Below are positions 24,260 to 27,608 of a stretch of DNA of 27,608 bases, piece after piece. Origin of the DNA: a virus (Duplodnaviria > Caudoviricetes); IMG/VR virus record IMGVR_UViG_3300006029_000060, positions 1 to 27,608 of that record. One strand, 5' to 3'. The notes below the pieces were generated by a model. That model was not told the DNA's origin. It searched no databases and saw only the letters and a program-made list of their open reading frames with translations. The position numbers were made by a program, and so were the translations under genes. Every line of letters begins with the position of its first letter. The first letter of the stretch is position 1.

Positions 24260-27200
24260 ATGAACGAAGAGGCATTTAAAGAATCTTATAGATTATTTTC
24301 ATCACAAGGTTACAATGGGACTATAGATGAATACAAAAATCTTATTAGCACAAATTCAGAGGCAAAGAAAGAGTCTTATCGTTTGTTTTCAAGCGAAGGA
24401 TATAACGGAGACGAAAACGAATTTAACTCGCTAATAGGTATTGAATTGGGAAAGACAGGAGCTGTTGTGGAAGGGGATGCGACCACATCAGCAGATATGG
24501 GTTCAGCATCGGTGGATGGTTCTTTGGAGCCTCAAGAAGAGCTTCGTGATACAAGCTTAGAAGGCATTTATAAAAAAGCTACAAAAGACACTCCTACTGA
24601 CTACAATGTAGAAAATCCTATAGCTCAATTTTTTATTGACAAGACTGCTGCATTTGTCTCTGGAGCAGGTAGCCTATTGGCTGGTGCTGCGGATTTGGTG
24701 GAGGCTGTTCCAGATGCTTTAATATCTAGCGGAATAAATGCTTACAATTGGTTTGGTGATGATGATACTGACATTACTCAAGAGACAAAGAATGAAGTCT
24801 CAAACTTTATTGAAGACATCTTTTTTGTGGATGATGCCCTTAGAATTGTTTCATCGGAAGCTAGTAAATTTAAAACAGTAAGAGACTCAGATGACGGAGA
24901 GGGGATACTAGGGGCCTTTGAAAAAGGTAATTACTTGGAGGCTATAGATAGGACTCTTTCTGGAGCATTTGAAGCAGCTCCCTCCGTAATAGCGGCAATT
25001 GTACCTGGAGGTATATACGTAGTCGGTGCTTCGGCAGTGGGTAGTCACTATGAAGAGAAGTCTGAGTTTAGCGACAAAGATAGAGGACTAGGAATGCTTA
25101 CTACATCTTTAGCCCAAGGTGGAGTAGAAATGGTTTCAGAAATGGTCACAAGGGGTATATTTAAAGGTGCTGCTAAAACATTTAAAATAGCAGGTAAGTC
25201 TACTAAGGAATCCATCAAGGAGACAGCAAAGCTAATGGGCAAGGATATGTTTTATGAGGGAGCTTCAGAAGTAGGGTCGGAAGAGGTTAACAATGCAATA
25301 GACCAAATGTATGGCTTGAATAAGTTTTACGATAAGAATGGAGATTTTGACGGTACAGCACTACTTCAAAGAAGTTTTGACACCTTTATAATTTCTTCTA
25401 TTTTAGGTGGAGCAACTAGTGCAGGTGGAACTTTATCTAAAAAGCAACAAGCATACAAGGAAGACAGAATGATGTCCCCTGAAATGAGAGGTGAGAACTT
25501 AAAGATTAAAGAGACCATAAAAAAACTAGAGAAAGAAAACGAAGGCGTTAATAACGAACAAGTAAACGATAAGATTTCTAGTTTAAAAACTCAATTGGAT
25601 TCTAATGTTTCTTCAAACAGGGCTATTGTGGATAGCATGACAAAAGAAGATTCTAAAGAGTACTTTGATTTATTAGATAAAAACATAGATTTAAAGGCTG
25701 AAGCTAATAACTTAGACCTTACTGATTCGCAGAAAGAAATAAATTTAAGCTTATTAGAACAAAACAACAACAGGCTTAACGAAATATACAATAATACAGT
25801 AGCTACTAATAACGAAGCTGTTATTCAAGAAGTTGAATCTATAGAGGAAGATGTAAGTGCAGAAACTGATAATGCATTTACTCAAGATGACGCAACCGTA
25901 TATACAAATCCTACCGATGATAAATACGCCACTATAAATAGAGGTGATCAAAAAGGTAATGTAAACCTAACCAAAGAGGAGTTTGATGCTCTTGATAAAG
26001 CTCCTGCCGAACAAACCAAACCTCAGACAGTTCAAGAACTTGAACTCGAAAGAAATGCAAAGTTGGATGAAATAAATCTTGCAATAAAAGAATCAGAAGC
26101 TAAAGGAGATACACCTATGGTTGATGGTAAGCCAGTAACGAGAGAAGATTTAGATTTAGTTAATAAAGACTATCGCTCTAAGATAGAAGAAGCATCCAAG
26201 ACACAAGAGGAAGTTGTTGAGGAAGTCGTTGAGGAAGTAAAGGCAGAGGACGAAGTACCAGCAGAGGTTGTGAGACTAAGAGAAGAAGCGATAGATGCAG
26301 AACCAACAGCAGAAGAATTTGATTTAGGAAAGAAAGAGGTTGAAGATTTAAATACTGGAACCACTACTATATCTAAAGATATAAAAATATTTAAAGGTCT
26401 TGGAGGAAAGAAAGACTTAAAAGGCCAAAGGCTTAGTGCTCACGATGGAGTGAGTGGAGTATTTAGTGCAATTGATGAAGACATTGCTAACGACTATGCT
26501 AGAGGAGAAGGCGTTTCAGAGATATCGGTTCCTTCAGGAACGACAGTTGAAGTCATAGAGATACCTAGGTCTAAAGGGATGACAATGAGTGAATACAGGG
26601 CTAAAGAAGTAGAAGCCATAAATAACTCTGATGCTCAAATCGTAAAACTTATAACTTTAGACTCTAAAATTAAAAAAGGAAGCAAAAGCAATAAGCAATC
26701 TCAGTACATAATAAAAGACTCTGGGTTGATAGCTGATATGTATGACTCTAAAGGTAAAGCTAAAAAGAAAGGCAAAACAAAGACTCAAAAATCCATAGAC
26801 AAACAAGTTGATAAAAAAATAGATTCTTCAGAAAAAGTTACAATTACGGCCAAGTCGGCTTTGTATAAGATGTTAAAAGATGTCGATAGGGGAGGAAAGT
26901 ACGCAGCGAATGAAATAAAAGCATTTAGAAAAGACCTTCAGTCAAAACTAAAAGAACTTACAGAGGGGAAGAAAGGAGAGATAACTACAAAGCAAGCAAG
27001 TGCAATCATTAAAAAAATAAACACCGTAAATCCTAATAACTCAAACCAAGTTGATGATTTGCAAAATTATGTAGAGAAGGTATTTAACGATGCAGACTAC
27101 TCGGATAAGATTTCTAAAGCAGAGAATGTAAGAAAACAAGTAAAGAAGGGTGCTAAAGATAAGAATCAAGAAGCAACTCTTGTAGAGTTAGCCAAGAGGT

Positions 27201-27608
27201 TTGCTAAGATAAACCCTAAGAACGTAAAAGACATAGATGCTTACATTGAGATGGCCAATAAGATTAAGGACGGTGTAGTAACCTCTAAGGTCATTAAGAC
27301 AGACGTAAACTGGACATCTTCTCCAGACGTTGTAAGTGCTGATGCATACATATCTGATCAGATGGAGGTTCAGAATGAAATTGAATTAAAAAGAAAGTCT
27401 GAAGAGTTTGAAAGAGTTACAGGTATACCTAGCGGAGACTTAAATTATAATCAGATGATGGAAGTTCTATCTAGCGAAAAAGAAGTTGATAGTACAAAGG
27501 ATACATTAATTAGAAAGGGTATAGATAAAACATTTGAGACCTATAAGAGTATAATAAACAGTATTATATCTCAAGGTGTTGACCCATTCACTGGGGAGAA
27601 CCTTAAGT
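24260..27608 (+). CDS. Giant multidomain virion/ejection protein (3'-truncated, >1116 aa; not in ORF track)
   Basis: ATG 24260, translated by hand to the window end without a stop. It has an N-terminal ESYRLFSSxGYNG duplication, G/A-rich hydrophobic segments, coiled coils, an acidic linker, an ART-like domain and then helical regions. Confidence 0.88.
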   Translation, partial: MNEEAFKESYRLFSSQGYNGTIDEYKNLISTNSEAKKESYRLFSSEGYNGDENEFNSLIGIELGKTGAVVEGDATTSADMGSASVDGSLEPQEELRDTSLEGIYKKATKDTPTDYNVENPIAQFFIDKTAAFVSGAGSLLAGAADLVEAVPDALISSGINAYNWFGDDDTDITQETKNEVSNFIEDIFFVDDALRIVSSEASKFKTVRDSDDGEGILGAFEKGNYLEAIDRTLSGAFEAAPSVIAAIVPGGIYVVGASAVGSHYEEKSEFSDKDRGLGMLTTSLAQGGVEMVSEMVTRGIFKGAAKTFKIAGKSTKESIKETAKLMGKDMFYEGASEVGSEEVNNAIDQMYGLNKFYDKNGDFDGTALLQRSFDTFIISSILGGATSAGGTLSKKQQAYKEDRMMSPEMRGENLKIKETIKKLEKENEGVNNEQVNDKISSLKTQLDSNVSSNRAIVDSMTKEDSKEYFDLLDKNIDLKAEANNLDLTDSQKEINLSLLEQNNNRLNEIYNNTVATNNEAVIQEVESIEEDVSAETDNAFTQDDATVYTNPTDDKYATINRGDQKGNVNLTKEEFDALDKAPAEQTKPQTVQELELERNAKLDEINLAIKESEAKGDTPMVDGKPVTREDLDLVNKDYRSKIEEASKTQEEVVEEVVEEVKAEDEVPAEVVRLREEAIDAEPTAEEFDLGKKEVEDLNTGTTTISKDIKIFKGLGGKKDLKGQRLSAHDGVSGVFSAIDEDIANDYARGEGVSEISVPSGTTVEVIEIPRSKGMTMSEYRAKEVEAINNSDAQIVKLITLDSKIKKGSKSNKQSQYIIKDSGLIADMYDSKGKAKKKGKTKTQKSIDKQVDKKIDSSEKVTITAKSALYKMLKDVDRGGKYAANEIKAFRKDLQSKLKELTEGKKGEITTKQASAIIKKINTVNPNNSNQVDDLQNYVEKVFNDADYSDKISKAENVRKQVKKGAKDKNQEATLVELAKRFAKINPKNVKDIDAYIEMANKIKDGVVTSKVIKTDVNWTSSPDVVSADAYISDQMEVQNEIELKRKSEEFERVTGIPSGDLNYNQMMEVLSSEKEVDSTKDTLIRKGIDKTFETYKSIINSIISQGVDPFTGENLK
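24448..24510 (+). other. Putative programmed -1 ribosomal frameshift signal
   Basis: Correctly phased X_XXY_YYZ heptamer G_GGA_AAG (24448-54), 6-nt spacer, and stem GCTGTTGTGG/CCACATCAGC (9 of 10 pairs). Loop GATGC is complementary to downstream GCATC (24506-10). Confidence 0.6.
26207..26239 (+). repeat. Short in-frame 12-bp tandem repeat (EEVV x2.75) in an acidic linker
   Basis: gaggaagttgtt gaggaagtcgtt gaggaagta. Confidence 0.7.

Noticed and set aside
3-26364. All minus-strand ORFs in the track (e.g. 3-302, 651-968, 2687-3049, 22948-23382, 25048-26364)
   Set aside because: They are F/L/S-rich antisense shadows of K/E-rich plus-strand genes, and each lies opposite a better-supported CDS.
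1-27608. Stop-codon reassignment (TAG/TGA), as seen in some crAss-like phages
   Set aside because: Large genes are uninterrupted under code 11, and TAG (273, 12517) and TGA (2314, 4936) end genes at sensible boundaries.
24260-27608. Virion RNA polymerase in the giant ORF
   Set aside because: No DxDxD catalytic motif in a polymerase-like context was seen in the visible 1116 aa (the isolated GDFDG near 25340 and DDDTD near 24760 lie in the N-terminal region with hydrophobic segments). It cannot be excluded beyond the window.
1-27608. tRNA or other structured RNA genes
   Set aside because: Intergenic gaps are under ~85 nt and AT-rich. Only two terminator-like hairpins were found, and no cloverleaf.

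Overview
This window is one co-oriented (+ strand), AT-rich late or virion operon of a tailed dsDNA phage. It has podovirus-type, crAss-like (Crassvirales-related) gene order, and the AT-rich leaders without Shine-Dalgarno sequences suggest a Bacteroidota host. From left to right it holds small basic or disordered proteins; a lysis block (small membrane protein, M15 peptidase endolysin, holin-like protein); an HExxH metallopeptidase; a tandem GroES-like protein; probable TerS; TerL; portal; scaffold-like protein; major capsid protein; a capsid-associated protein; two head-tail ring proteins; a P22 gp10/muzzle-like tail protein split over two ORFs; a cupin; and three probable ejection proteins. 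The last ejection protein (24260 to beyond 27608, >1116 aa) is missing from the supplied ORF track. Four signals stand out. (1) A textbook -1 frameshift cassette (G_GGA_AAG, 6-nt spacer, stem-loop or pseudoknot) at codon 65 of the giant protein would give a 96-aa isoform with a Cys/aromatic tail. (2) A ~200-codon +1-frame ORF nested inside terL shows synonymous-codon avoidance of stops and has a signal/lipoprotein-like N-terminus. (3) The giant protein contains a divergent ADP-ribosyltransferase-like domain. (4) Two adjacent basic proteins share an 18-aa SxxRxAQYxxxGWAxDxT motif. All family calls come from motif recognition and synteny; no database search was run.
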